64,000 nt of DNA from Candidatus Kuenenia stuttgartensis (GCA_020723505.1 DYIT01000012.1:372-64371); one strand, 5' to 3'; positions 50,297 to 60,088 are shown, numbered from the stretch's first letter. The notes: a model not told the origin generated them from the sequence alone. Program-made: numbers and translations.

Positions 50297-50537
50297 AATC
50301 TGGAACCAGAACTCAGGAAAAGAACATAGCTCTCAGGCTTGCCGGCAACGGCCTGCCCTGCGAAGCCCTGGCGGATTCGTCAGGCAAAGCAGGGCAGCGC
50401 CCCAGCCGGCAAGCTCCGGCTGAAATTCTGCATCTTCCGTGTCCTCCGTGTCTCCAGCGAGCCGCCCGCACGGCCGCGGCGAGCGAGTGAGATTAGATTC
50501 TTGCCCCTGCCTCTTCCTGAGTTCTGAGTTCAAGATT
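50297..50537. repeat. roughly 240-bp element bounded by 26/27-bp imperfect inverted repeats (MITE-like or structured RNA)
   Basis: AATCTGGAACCAGAACTCAGGAAAAG (50297-50322) versus the reverse complement of CTCTTCCTGAGTTCTGAGTTCAAGATT (50511-50537), about 23/27. Internal 9-bp hairpin CTGCCCTGC (50353-50361) / GCAGGGCAG (50389-50397). Confidence 0.4.
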
Positions 50538-50689
50538 GGAAATGAAGCGAAGGCAGGTGTTCTTCGTGGTTGATGGTGTTTTCCCGGACTTCACTTTCTG
50601 TGAGGTTGGCGCAGCCGTCTGCAATTGCTGTTTTTCGCGGTTCTGTATTGATATTCACTGAGAGTTTCGATGAAGATTATTATTCAGTT

Positions 50690-50920
50690 TCACGGCAGCC
50701 TTGGTATCCACCACTGTGCAGGAGCGGAGAGGATGGTCCCTGTGCCGTTGGAATACCGCCTGAAGCCCTTGCCTCCGTCCGTGAGCTGCACGGCGGGGAC
50801 TCCGAGCACATCCTGGAACCTGCGCAGGGCATGCGCGGGAACGGGGTCGGACGACTTCGCCTCCACGAGCAGGAAGGGCTTTTTGTCGCGCGAGATGAGG
50901 AAATCAACCTCCCGCTTCAA
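50690..50920 (-). pseudogene. C-terminal fragment of a DUF4143/AAA-ATPase gene
   Basis: KREVDFLISRDKKPFLLVEAKSS..ALRRFQD aligns with GREVDFVLRRRRGSVDAVECKIN..PLRRFRE at the C-terminus of the intact paralog 56934..58106. There is no room for the roughly 300 missing N-terminal codons. Confidence 0.6.
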
Positions 50921-50987
50921 TCATGCTGACTATTTTTCATATTACTGCAAAATAGTCAAGGCTGTTTTTCAGTGGACTGAAATCCAG

Positions 50988-51518
50988 TCACCCGCGCTCC
51001 TCGACCACGGCGATGTACGGCAGGCAGCGGAATTTCTCGGCGCAGTCGAGTCCGTATCCGACCACGAACCTGTCCGGGATCGAGAAGCCCAGGTAGGCCA
51101 CCTCCACCTCGGCCTCCCTGCGCGACGGCTTGTCGAGCAGCGCGCATATCTTCACGCTAGCAGGGCCCTTCTTCTTTATTTCCTTCACGAGGTGCGACAG
51201 AGTGCGGCCAGTGTCCACTATGTCCTCCACCAGCAGCACGTGCCTTCCATGCACGTCGGATGAAAAGTCGAGGTCGAAACGTATCTCGCCCGACGGTCTC
51301 GTCCCGTCCTTGTACGTGGATATCTTGATGAAATCCACCTGCGCTTCCGCACCCATCGCCCGGGAAAGATCGGAGAGGAACACGAACGCGCCCTTGAGCA
51401 CGCCGGTCAGGAGCAGGTTCTTGCCCTTGTAGTCCCTGGAGACCGCCTTCGCGATTTCGGCCACCTTGGCCTTGATTTCATCCTCGGTTATCAGCACTTC
51501 GCCTATTTCGTACGACAT
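50988..51518 (-). CDS. hpt: hypoxanthine phosphoribosyltransferase
   Basis: PRPP-binding loop HVLLVEDIVDTGRTL. FVVGYGLDCAEKFRCLPYI. Start at MSYEIGE. Confidence 0.9.
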   Translation of the reverse strand: MSYEIGEVLITEDEIKAKVAEIAKAVSRDYKGKNLLLTGVLKGAFVFLSDLSRAMGAEAQVDFIKISTYKDGTRPSGEIRFDLDFSSDVHGRHVLLVEDIVDTGRTLSHLVKEIKKKGPASVKICALLDKPSRREAEVEVAYLGFSIPDRFVVGYGLDCAEKFRCLPYIAVVEERG

Positions 51519-51612
51519 GCTCTGAACACCTATCATTGGCTCAAGGACTCGGACCGGAAGCCAGCTTACGAAGGCTGGAGACTACAGGCTTTGGACTCCG
51601 GACTCCAGACTG

Positions 51613-51661
51613 ATAATCGCCGCCTCGCTGTGCCAGGAATAATCGGCGGCTCCCACAGACT
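51613..51661. repeat. family-D element TAATCGCCGCCTCG-N16-CGGCGGCTCCCACAGACTT, copy 1
   Basis: Lies between the ileS stop and the hpt start. Same two boxes and the same 16-nt spacing as 60131-60179. Confidence 0.65.
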
Positions 51662-51666
51662 TATAG

Positions 51667-54600
51667 CTATTTCTTCCTTGCAAGGCCGATCCTTAGCGTG
51701 TCGCCTGCTATCCCGGTCTCGGCCACATGCTCGCCCGCTGGATTCCGCGACTCCTCCATCTCCACGGCCAGCACCTCGGACATGATGTAGTCCCTCTGGA
51801 CCTTCATCACCCTCGCGAGCCCGCCGGTCGCGCTGTACTCCACCCTGATGCGGTCCGAGACCTGGAAGCCCGCGTCCTTCCGCTGGTTCTGTATCCTTCG
51901 CACCACGTCCTGCGAAAGCCCCTCCATCCTGAGATCGTCCGTGAGCACCGTGTCCACCGCCGCGACCATGCCATGCTCCGACGCGGTCATGAGCCCGGCA
52001 GCCGGGGACCTCTTGGCCTCGAATTCGCCGGGCAGCATCCTGACCACGGTCCCGCCCGCGTCCAGATCGAACCCGTCCTCGGACGCCGCGAACAAGGCGG
52101 CCTGCGCCGGGGGCACGGCTTCCAGCGCGGCCTTCACTTTCGGCATCATGGCGCCATGCTTGCGGCCGAGCGCGGCCATGTTGGGCCTGAGCATCACGGT
52201 CTCCAGGTCCTCGGCACTGCCGGCGAACTCGAGTTTCTTGGCGTTCACCTCGTCCAGGATTATGTCCCCGTACTTCTCGATTCTCCCTCGGTCCGACGGG
52301 TCGGCCGGGAGGATTACCACCCTGGCCACGGGCTGCCGGACCTTCAAGTTCGCGGCCTGGCGCGCGGACAGGGCAAGGCTCGCGGCGCGCATCACCCCCG
52401 CCATGTCGTCCACGAGCTCCTTGTCAATCCACTCAGTCTTCGCCGCCGGGAACGATTCGAGGTGCACGCTCTCCTTCGCCCTTCCTCCGGGCACCGCGAT
52501 GGCCTGGTATATCTCCTCGGCCGTGAACGGCAGAACGGGCGCGAGTATCCTGCAAAGGGTCATGATGGCGTAGTGCAGGGTCCTGTACGCGGCCTGCTTG
52601 TCCTCGTCGCTGTCGCTCTTCCAGAACCTGCGCCTCGACCGCCTCACGTACCAGTTGCTCAGGTCGTCTATGAACTTCTCGGCTTCCACGGCGAAAGGCG
52701 TAATCATGTACTCCTCGTACGCGGCTTTCGCCCTCGCCACGAGCATCTCCACCTTGCTCAGAAGCCACCGGTCAAGAAGCCCGAGCCTGTCCACCGCCGG
52801 ATCCGGATCCGCCAGGTCCGGCTTGTCGAGGTTCGCGTAAGTCACGAAGAACGAGCACACGTTCCATAGCGTGAGCATCTTCCTCTTCACGTCCTGGCCC
52901 AGCTTGTACCCGAAGTTCAGGTTCTGGAACGGGTTCTGCGTAGCGAAGATCCACCTCATGATGTCCACGCCCATCTTCTCGGCCGCGTCGTCGAACCATA
53001 TCACGTTCCCGGAGCTCTTGTGCATCTCGTTCCCGTTCTCGTCCTTTATCAGCGCATGCCCGAGGACCACCTTGAACGGCTCCACGTTCTCCATGACCGT
53101 GCTCATGGCGAGCAGGCTGTAGAACCAGTTCCTGAACTGGCCCGGGAAGCACTCGGTGATGAAATCGAACGGGCACCATTCGGCCCAGTGCTCCTTGCGG
53201 TGCCTGTAGTCCAGCGTGGAATACGGGACTATCCCTGCGTCCAGCCAGGGATTGCCCACGTCCGGGATGCGGCCTACCGGCTTGCCGCAAGCCCCGCACG
53301 CTATCTTCACCTCGTCAATCCACGGCCTGTGCGGCGAATGGCCCTCGAAACGATCCCAGCCCTCCGCCGCCCTCTCCTTGAGCTCATCCTCTCCGCCGAT
53401 GACGTCGAACCACCCGCATGAACACCGGTATATCGGCAGGGCGAGGCCCCAGTACCTCTTCTTGGTGATCATCCAGTCGCTCATGTTCCTGAGCCAGTCC
53501 AGCTCCTGCTGGAGCCCGAAATCGGGCATCCACTTAATCTTCTTCGCGACCTCCATGATCTCGCCCCTGAGCGTGTCCATGGAGATGAACCACTCGTCCA
53601 CCATCCTGAATAAAAGCCCCTGGCCGCAGCGCCAGCAGTGCGGGTAGGAGTGCGGGTATTTCTCGGATCCCACGAGCATCCCGCGCTTCCTCAAATCCTC
53701 GAGTATCGCGGCCGTGGTCTCGGCCGAAGAGGCCTTCTTTCCGGCGAGGAATCCGAAGCCGTCGACATAAACCCCCTCGTCGTCGAGCGGGGCCACGGCA
53801 ACGAGGCCGTTCTTCCTGCCGAGGTCGTAGTCCTCCTTGCCGCATCCCGGAGCTATGTGGACGATGCCGGTGCCCTCGGTGCTGCCGACAAGGTCCCATG
53901 AAATGACCTTGTGGCAGGAAATACCGGAACTCGCCTTGAGCTTGCGGTTCGCCTTGGGGAACCCGCCCGCCGCGGACTGCGCCGGGAAATGGTCGAAAGG
54001 CCCCTCGTAGGCCCAGCCGAGCATTTCGGATCCGGCCAGGGTCCCAAGCACGCGCACCTCGCCGCGCGACCGCAGCACGTCCCCCACTGATTTGAGCGGC
54101 GGCACGCCCTTGGGCCAGTCCTTCGACTTGGCCTCGTCCTGCTTGCGCTTCCAGTCCAGGGCGTCGGCGGCCAGATAATAGACGTCGCCCGCGCACTCAA
54201 CCCTGGCGTAGGTCATGCCGGGGTTCACCGCCGCGGCGACGTTGGACGTGAGAGTCCACGGCGTGGTGGTCCAGACGAGCAGGAACTCGTTCTTCCTGCC
54301 CTTGAGCGGGAAGCGCACGAACACGGCCTCGTCGGCCACGAACTTGTACCCCTCGTGCATCTCCTGCTGCGAGATTCCGGTCCCGCACCTTGCGCACCAG
54401 GGCATCACGTCCTCGCCCTCGTAGACGAAGCCCCGCTCGTGGCATTTCTTGAGGAAGCGCCATATCGTGTAGTTGTTCTCGTCGGTCATCGTGTAGTACG
54501 AATTGTCCCAGTCCATCCAGTACCCTAGCCTTACGGACTGCTCGGTCTGGAGCTTCGAGAACTTCCTGACCCTTTCCTTGCAGGCTTCCACGAACCTCGC

Positions 54601-54939
54601 CACCCCGAACGCCTCGATGTCCTTCTTGGACTTGAAGCCATGCTCCTTCTCGACCTCGACCTCCACCCAGAGCCCCTGGCAGTCGTACCCGTTCTGGTAG
54701 CGCATCTGCCTGCCCAGCATGCCGTTATAGCGGTGGAACACGTCCTTCAGGGACCTTCCCCACGCGTGGTGCACGCCCATCGGGTTGTTGGCGGTTATCG
54801 GCCCGTCCAGGAACTTCCACTTGGGGCCGTTCTCGTTCTTCTTGCGGAGCTTCTCGAAGATCCTCCGCTCCTTCCAGAACTGAAGCAGCCTCTTCTCCAT
54901 GGCCGGGTAGTCGGGTTTGGTGTCGATTTCCTTGAACAT
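51667..54939 (-). CDS. ileS: isoleucine--tRNA ligase
   Basis: HIGH-type NPMGVHHAWGRSLKD. KMSKS-type EMHKSSGNVIW. CP1 editing domain. Zn-binding CxxC pairs. 1090 aa. Confidence 0.95.
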   Translation of the reverse strand: MFKEIDTKPDYPAMEKRLLQFWKERRIFEKLRKKNENGPKWKFLDGPITANNPMGVHHAWGRSLKDVFHRYNGMLGRQMRYQNGYDCQGLWVEVEVEKEHGFKSKKDIEAFGVARFVEACKERVRKFSKLQTEQSVRLGYWMDWDNSYYTMTDENNYTIWRFLKKCHERGFVYEGEDVMPWCARCGTGISQQEMHEGYKFVADEAVFVRFPLKGRKNEFLLVWTTTPWTLTSNVAAAVNPGMTYARVECAGDVYYLAADALDWKRKQDEAKSKDWPKGVPPLKSVGDVLRSRGEVRVLGTLAGSEMLGWAYEGPFDHFPAQSAAGGFPKANRKLKASSGISCHKVISWDLVGSTEGTGIVHIAPGCGKEDYDLGRKNGLVAVAPLDDEGVYVDGFGFLAGKKASSAETTAAILEDLRKRGMLVGSEKYPHSYPHCWRCGQGLLFRMVDEWFISMDTLRGEIMEVAKKIKWMPDFGLQQELDWLRNMSDWMITKKRYWGLALPIYRCSCGWFDVIGGEDELKERAAEGWDRFEGHSPHRPWIDEVKIACGACGKPVGRIPDVGNPWLDAGIVPYSTLDYRHRKEHWAEWCPFDFITECFPGQFRNWFYSLLAMSTVMENVEPFKVVLGHALIKDENGNEMHKSSGNVIWFDDAAEKMGVDIMRWIFATQNPFQNLNFGYKLGQDVKRKMLTLWNVCSFFVTYANLDKPDLADPDPAVDRLGLLDRWLLSKVEMLVARAKAAYEEYMITPFAVEAEKFIDDLSNWYVRRSRRRFWKSDSDEDKQAAYRTLHYAIMTLCRILAPVLPFTAEEIYQAIAVPGGRAKESVHLESFPAAKTEWIDKELVDDMAGVMRAASLALSARQAANLKVRQPVARVVILPADPSDRGRIEKYGDIILDEVNAKKLEFAGSAEDLETVMLRPNMAALGRKHGAMMPKVKAALEAVPPAQAALFAASEDGFDLDAGGTVVRMLPGEFEAKRSPAAGLMTASEHGMVAAVDTVLTDDLRMEGLSQDVVRRIQNQRKDAGFQVSDRIRVEYSATGGLARVMKVQRDYIMSEVLAVEMEESRNPAGEHVAETGIAGDTLRIGLARKK

Positions 54940-55212
54940 CTGAGCCTCTGCACATTCGGGGAACCAAGGCCGCGAACCGGCCTGAACGGATCAAAGCGAG
55001 GATATGAGATATCCGGCCCGGCGGGGCGTGTCAAGGAGAAGTGCGGTTGCTCGATTCAGGAGTAGGCGGAGACCCGCCATTCCAACATCAGTCGACCGCA
55101 ATACCAGCGGGATCGCCCGCGGCCTCACGGCCGCTCCGCCTTCGTCTGATTTTCCCGCCTAGACTATGGCGGGCATAGGATGGGCTCCGTTCTGCGCCGC
55201 ACGTATGCCCTT

Positions 55213-55240
55213 TACACTCCACACTCCACACTCTACACTC
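55213..55240 (+). repeat. 4 x 7-bp tandem repeat (TACACTC CACACTC CACACTC TACACTC)
   Basis: Read directly. 39 nt upstream of ATG 55279. Confidence 0.8.
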
Positions 55241-55278
55241 CCAGGAAGCAGTCCTCAGGCGGTTTTCATTCGGGATGC

Positions 55279-56832
55279 ATGAGGCCGACCGTTTCCCGCA
55301 AAATCTGGTTCTTCATCGCTTCGGCGATTTCGCTCGCGCTCTGCGCATGGTGGACGCTCGAGGCCGTGGTCGCTCCCGCCATGCTCAGGGAAGCCCTGCT
55401 CCGCGGGCTTTCCGAAAAGCTCGGCGGCAGCGCCTCAGCCGCATCCGTGTTCCGCACGGGCGGGGATTCGGCCGTGGCGGGCGGTTTCAGGATTTCCTCG
55501 CCCGGCGTCTCCTTCGAGTCGCCGATTCTGGCCATCTCCTCGGCGCCGGGCCTTGAACCGCCGTATGCAATCGTCTGCACGAACTGCGTCCTCGAAGCCG
55601 ACTTCAGCGACTTCACCCATACCGCAGGCTCCGGACCCGGCCTTGCCGGATCCTCAATCGAAATCAGGAACGGGTCCGTGCTGCTCATGAACCACCCCTC
55701 GCTTCCCGTCCCCGCGATTCGACTTGCGAACGTCAACGGCAGGCTCGAGTCGGCAGGGGCCGGAAACGCGTGGACGGCTTCGGGGACCTTCGGCCCGGAC
55801 TCGAAAGGAGGGTTCGAAGTCCGCGGATCCGGCGCCGCCCTCGAAGTCGCGGAGATCTCCTTCCAGGAATTCGCCGACGTCCGGGCAATCCTGGGAATCG
55901 CGTCCCCGTCCTGCCCCTCCCTCGGAATCTCCCCTCCAGTCAGCGGCCAGGCGAGGATCGCCGCGACCCTGACGCCCGGCAGGCCGGCGGCCGTCATGTG
56001 CTCGTTCCGGGACCTGCGCTCGCCGTTCGCGAAAGGCGCATCTGCCTCCGGCTACTTCTCCGTGGCAATCGAGAAAGGCGGGCCCGGGGGATTCTCGGCC
56101 GGCGGCAACTTCTTCCTCGACCGGTTCAGCTACGACTGCCTTGAATTCGCGCGGGTGACGGGCGTCATCGACTCGAAAGAGGGCGGAATCATGCTCAAGA
56201 ACGTGTCCGGCATGCTGCTCGGAGGAAGGGTCCAGGGCTCGGTCAGAGCATGGCCCGCGGACGGCAAGGCCGATGTCAATCTGGACCTCAGGGACGCGGA
56301 CGCCTCCGATCTCCCCCACCTGCTCCTCGGATCGGGTCTTCCCCTGAGCGGCAGGCTCTCGGTCACCCTGTCGGCCGGGATTCGCGGGATCACGGAACCC
56401 GGGCGGTCCGAAGTCCGGGGATCGGGAAGCTTCTCATGGAAGGACGCGGCGCTCGGATACCTGCCCCTCGTGGGCGGCCTCGACGCCTACGTGGCCTTCC
56501 AGAGGCATCTCGCGTTCGACACTGTCGCGGCGGATTTCAACCTCCTCGAGGAGGGCATCCTGCTCAAGTCCGGCAAGGCCGAAGGCCCCCTATTCATGCT
56601 CGAGCTATCAAAGCCCGGGGCCGTCCGCTTCGACGGGAAAGTCGACATCGAGATGGTTCTCAAGCGCGGCCGCACCGAGGAGCGCAGGTTCCCGGTGTTC
56701 ACGAAGCTGTCCGAGACCATGAAGAAGATGGTCCTCGAGCCCTTCGAAGGGGTGCTCGCGGTGGGCGTCCGCGTGTCCGGCAACTACCTCAATCCCCAGT
56801 TCGAGATTATCTTGCCGGGCAGGGGGAGATAA
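55279..56832 (+). CDS. membrane-anchored hypothetical protein
   Basis: Start moved to MRPTVSRKIWFFIASAISLALCAWWTL (single N-terminal TM). Long Gly/Ser/Ala-rich extracytoplasmic part. Only a vague AsmA-like impression. Confidence 0.55.
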   Translation: MRPTVSRKIWFFIASAISLALCAWWTLEAVVAPAMLREALLRGLSEKLGGSASAASVFRTGGDSAVAGGFRISSPGVSFESPILAISSAPGLEPPYAIVCTNCVLEADFSDFTHTAGSGPGLAGSSIEIRNGSVLLMNHPSLPVPAIRLANVNGRLESAGAGNAWTASGTFGPDSKGGFEVRGSGAALEVAEISFQEFADVRAILGIASPSCPSLGISPPVSGQARIAATLTPGRPAAVMCSFRDLRSPFAKGASASGYFSVAIEKGGPGGFSAGGNFFLDRFSYDCLEFARVTGVIDSKEGGIMLKNVSGMLLGGRVQGSVRAWPADGKADVNLDLRDADASDLPHLLLGSGLPLSGRLSVTLSAGIRGITEPGRSEVRGSGSFSWKDAALGYLPLVGGLDAYVAFQRHLAFDTVAADFNLLEEGILLKSGKAEGPLFMLELSKPGAVRFDGKVDIEMVLKRGRTEERRFPVFTKLSETMKKMVLEPFEGVLAVGVRVSGNYLNPQFEIILPGRGR

Positions 56833-56933
56833 CGGCGCGGTCCCATCCCGCTGCGCTCGAGCTTTTCGAGCATGTGCTGGCGGTCCCCTGATGGCTCGCA
56901 TTCATGAAACCGGCACGGCCGCCTGAGGCGGCC

Positions 56934-58106
56934 TCACGTGCTCAAACGTCCTCGTTCGCCCGGTCCGCCCGTCCCCGCGAAGAGGTGCTTCGTGGAGACG
57001 AATCTCACCCTGCCTCCCGGCGTCGTGCGGTCGAACGGGTGGATAATCGAGGGGCTTATCACGAGATTCTCGCCTTCGGGATACGATTCGCGGAACCTCC
57101 GAAGCGGTTCCGGGTCGAAATGATCCGGGTTGATTTTGCACTCGACGGCATCAACGCTCCCACGTCTCCGCCGCAGCACGAAATCCACCTCCCTGCCGGT
57201 CTTGTCGCTCCAGTAGTAGATTTCCCCGTCCGGCTCCGAAGCCCTGATGGAATCGAGCACGAGATGTTCCCATAATATGCCGCGGTCCTCGCTTCTGATT
57301 GAATCCCACCCGCGAACATAAGTTACAAAGCCCGTGTCGAAGGCGTATATCTTCGGGCGCCTCACTATCTCGCGCCTCCCGCCTCCATGAAAAGGCCGGA
57401 CTGGGAACACGGCATGCGCGACGGTCATTGCTTCGATGTGCCCCTTCACAGTCGGCCTGCTCAGGCCGGATTCCGAGGCGAGCTTGGTGATGTCCGCAAG
57501 GCCTCCGCTCCGGTGCAGAAGCAAGCGAAGAAGGGACAGGAAACCGGTCCTGTCCCGGACCGAAAACAGCTCGAGGATGTCGCGGGCGTAGAAACCGTCC
57601 ATCCATTCGGCATAGAAATCCTGCTTTTTCGTGTCAGACAGGAGAGCTTCGGGCAGACCGCCGTGAAGCAGCCGCCTGTCGAGGTCCGGCAGCCCGAACT
57701 CGTTGCGGCATTCGTCCCAGAGGACGGGACTTAAGGATATCGTCTTCTTCCTGCCCGTCAGCGAATCACGGAACTTGCGCGTCGCCGCAAGCGTGGAGGA
57801 ACCCGTGGCAAGGATTCGGAGTCCCTTGAATTCATCTGCGGCGATTTTCAGCAGGCCGCTTGGATCCTTGAGCCTGTGAACCTCGTCCAGAACGATGATC
57901 CCTTTGCCCTTGAACGACTCGAAAAAAGCCTCCGGGTCCTCAAGCCTTCCTGCCGAGGAAGGGAGGTCGCAGTTGATGAAGACCGCCGCGGGAATCATCT
58001 TCGCAATGGAAGTCTTTCCTGCCCTGCGCACGCCCGAGAGCCAGACGATTGGGCGTTCTTCCCACGCGGTTTCGATGCGCTGAATCCAGAAAGGCCGCTG
58101 AATCAT
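56934..58106 (-). CDS. AAA-family ATPase with DUF4143 C-terminal domain
   Basis: Walker A LSGVRRAGKTS. Walker B IIVLDEVH. C-terminal GREVDFVL..VECK restriction-endonuclease-like module. Confidence 0.85.
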   Translation of the reverse strand: MIQRPFWIQRIETAWEERPIVWLSGVRRAGKTSIAKMIPAAVFINCDLPSSAGRLEDPEAFFESFKGKGIIVLDEVHRLKDPSGLLKIAADEFKGLRILATGSSTLAATRKFRDSLTGRKKTISLSPVLWDECRNEFGLPDLDRRLLHGGLPEALLSDTKKQDFYAEWMDGFYARDILELFSVRDRTGFLSLLRLLLHRSGGLADITKLASESGLSRPTVKGHIEAMTVAHAVFPVRPFHGGGRREIVRRPKIYAFDTGFVTYVRGWDSIRSEDRGILWEHLVLDSIRASEPDGEIYYWSDKTGREVDFVLRRRRGSVDAVECKINPDHFDPEPLRRFRESYPEGENLVISPSIIHPFDRTTPGGRVRFVSTKHLFAGTGGPGERGRLST

Positions 58107-58227
58107 GAAATCATATTTACCAAATAGACGTCCATTTATAAAGTATATTTTAAAGAGATCCTATCGTAGAAATTCCATGAATTCCGCGTATAAGCACTAA
58201 GGCGGGACAAGGCGCTTTGATTCGCGG

Positions 58228-58761
58228 TCATTCGCGGTTCAGTCTGATTCTTTCCACCGCCTTTTCGATGAAATACCGGTTGGAGTCGAAGGCGAGCTCG
58301 GGCAGGGAGCCCAGAGGAAAGAACTTCGCTTCCAGCACGTCCGACCCGGGTTTCGGGCGGCAGCGGACGGCTTCGTATGCGTATCCAATCACGAGCACGC
58401 TCCCGTAGGTGACGCTCTTCTGGGAGAACACGCCGAGCAGTACGCCGGGACGCGCCTTGACTCCCGCCTCCTCTGCGAGCTCCCTGCGCGCGGACGACCC
58501 GGGCGACTCGCCGATTTCCATGAATCCGCCCGGCAGGGCCCAGAACCCGCGCCTGGGCTCGACCCCGCGCAGAACGAGGAGAATCTCCGAATCGCGCCGC
58601 GTCACCGCGCACATGGTGACGCATATCGGGTTGTCGTAGTAGAACCTGCCGCAGCAGGCGCAGTACCTCCTCCGCGCTCCTTCCTCGCGCCTGGTCTTCA
58701 GCGGGGCTGCGCACCTGGGGCAGTGCTTCCAGCCGAAAGTGCTGTATTCAAAAACCTTCAA
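58228..58761 (-). CDS. NUDIX hydrolase with N-terminal zinc ribbon
   Basis: CPRC..x..CACCG zinc ribbon. Nudix box GGFMEIGESPGSSARRELAEEAGV. TTG start. Confidence 0.85.
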   Translation of the reverse strand: MKVFEYSTFGWKHCPRCAAPLKTRREEGARRRYCACCGRFYYDNPICVTMCAVTRRDSEILLVLRGVEPRRGFWALPGGFMEIGESPGSSARRELAEEAGVKARPGVLLGVFSQKSVTYGSVLVIGYAYEAVRCRPKPGSDVLEAKFFPLGSLPELAFDSNRYFIEKAVERIRLNRE

Positions 58762-58813
58762 GGCATAACCCGTACGAGCCGGACAAAAAAGAGACGTAAC
58801 TTAATAAATCAAA

Positions 58814-60088
58814 TCACAAAGTGCCCAGGACCTCCGCGGCTGCCTTCACGGTCCTGTCGACGTCCTCCTCGGTGTGCGCTGCGGAAAGGAACCACGCCTC
58901 GAACGCGGACGGAGGAAGGTAAATCCCCCTTTCGAGCATGCCGTGGAAGAACTTCGCGAACCTGGATGTCGAGGCCTGCATCACGTCCTCGTACGTCCCC
59001 GCCCCTCCCTTCTTGAAGAAGAGCGTCAGCACCGAGCCGGCGCGGTTGATCGCCGCGTCCACGCCCTTCGCCGCCGCCGCGTCCAGAAGCCCCCGCTCGA
59101 GCCTCGCCCCGAGCGCGTCCAGCCTCCGGTACGGCATGGTCTTCTTGAGTATCTTGAGCGTCGCCGCGCCTGCAGCGCACGCCACCGGGTTGCCCGAGAG
59201 CGTCCCGGCCTGGTACACGTCGCCGTCCGGCGCAAGCCTGTCCATGATCTCCGCCGGGCCGCCGTAGGCCCCGACGGGCAAGCCACCCCCGATGATCTTC
59301 CCGAGCGTCGTGATGTCGGGCTCCAATCCGAACGCCTCCTGCGCCCCGCCATAGGACGCGCGGAAGCCGGTGATTACCTCGTCGAATATCAGCAAGGCCC
59401 CGCGCTTCCTCGTGAGATCCCTCAGCCCCTCCAGGAACCCCCCGGCCGGAAGCACCACCCCCATGTTGCCGGCAATCGGCTCCACGAGGACGGCGGCAAT
59501 CTTCCTCTTCGAAAGCACCGCATCGACCGACTCGAGGTCGTTGTACCTGCACACGAACGTGTGCTTCGCGAAGTCCTTCGGGACCCCGGGGCTGGAAGGC
59601 GACCCGAACGTGAGCGCCCCGGACCCGGCCTTTACAAGGAGCCCGTCCGAATGGCCGTGGTATCCCCCTTCGAACTTGACGACGTCGTCCCTCTTCGTGA
59701 CCGCCCTCGCGAGCCGCACGGCGCTCATCACCGCCTCGGTCCCGGTGCTTACCAGCCGCACCTTCTCGACCGACGGCACGGCGTCGACGATCTTCTCCGC
59801 GAGCTCGAGCTCGGGTTCGGACGGCGCGCCGTACGTGAGCCCCATCGCCGCGGTTTCCAAGACCCTGCCCAGGACCTCGGGGTGCGCGTGCCCCAGGATC
59901 AGCGGCCCCCAGCTCATCACGTAGTCGACGTATTCCTTCCCGTCCGCGTCCACGATTGCCGATCCCGACCCCGACTGCACGAACAGCGGATGCCTGCCGA
60001 CCGCCTTGAACGCCCTGACCGGGCTGGATACTCCGCCCGGCATGACGTCCCTGGCTCTCAGGAACAGATCCCTCGAATTGTCGGTCAT
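58814..60088 (-). CDS. hemL: glutamate-1-semialdehyde 2,1-aminomutase
   Basis: MPGGVSSPVRAF..DYVMSWGPLILGH..FDEVITGFR..TLGKIIGGGLPVGAYGG. Start at MTDNSRD (AGGGGGA SD). The tracked 708-aa ORF is a run-on upstream. Confidence 0.95.
   Translation of the reverse strand: MTDNSRDLFLRARDVMPGGVSSPVRAFKAVGRHPLFVQSGSGSAIVDADGKEYVDYVMSWGPLILGHAHPEVLGRVLETAAMGLTYGAPSEPELELAEKIVDAVPSVEKVRLVSTGTEAVMSAVRLARAVTKRDDVVKFEGGYHGHSDGLLVKAGSGALTFGSPSSPGVPKDFAKHTFVCRYNDLESVDAVLSKRKIAAVLVEPIAGNMGVVLPAGGFLEGLRDLTRKRGALLIFDEVITGFRASYGGAQEAFGLEPDITTLGKIIGGGLPVGAYGGPAEIMDRLAPDGDVYQAGTLSGNPVACAAGAATLKILKKTMPYRRLDALGARLERGLLDAAAAKGVDAAINRAGSVLTLFFKKGGAGTYEDVMQASTSRFAKFFHGMLERGIYLPPSAFEAWFLSAAHTEEDVDRTVKAAAEVLGTL

Noticed and set aside
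50333-50533. Mirror-image 62-66-aa ORFs on both strands (50333..50533 minus, 50339..50527 plus).
   Set aside because: They are produced by the palindromic, GC-rich IR-bounded element. They have no SD and no coding bias.
54940-55278. Possible regulatory leader (T-box or attenuator) upstream of ileS. Small hairpins are GGATAT-CTC-ATATCC at 55000-55014 and AGGCCG..CGGCCT at 54967-54983.
   Set aside because: There is no specifier-loop or T-box sequence, no terminator with a U-run and no leader ORF with Ile codons. The hairpins are short and unremarkable for this GC content.
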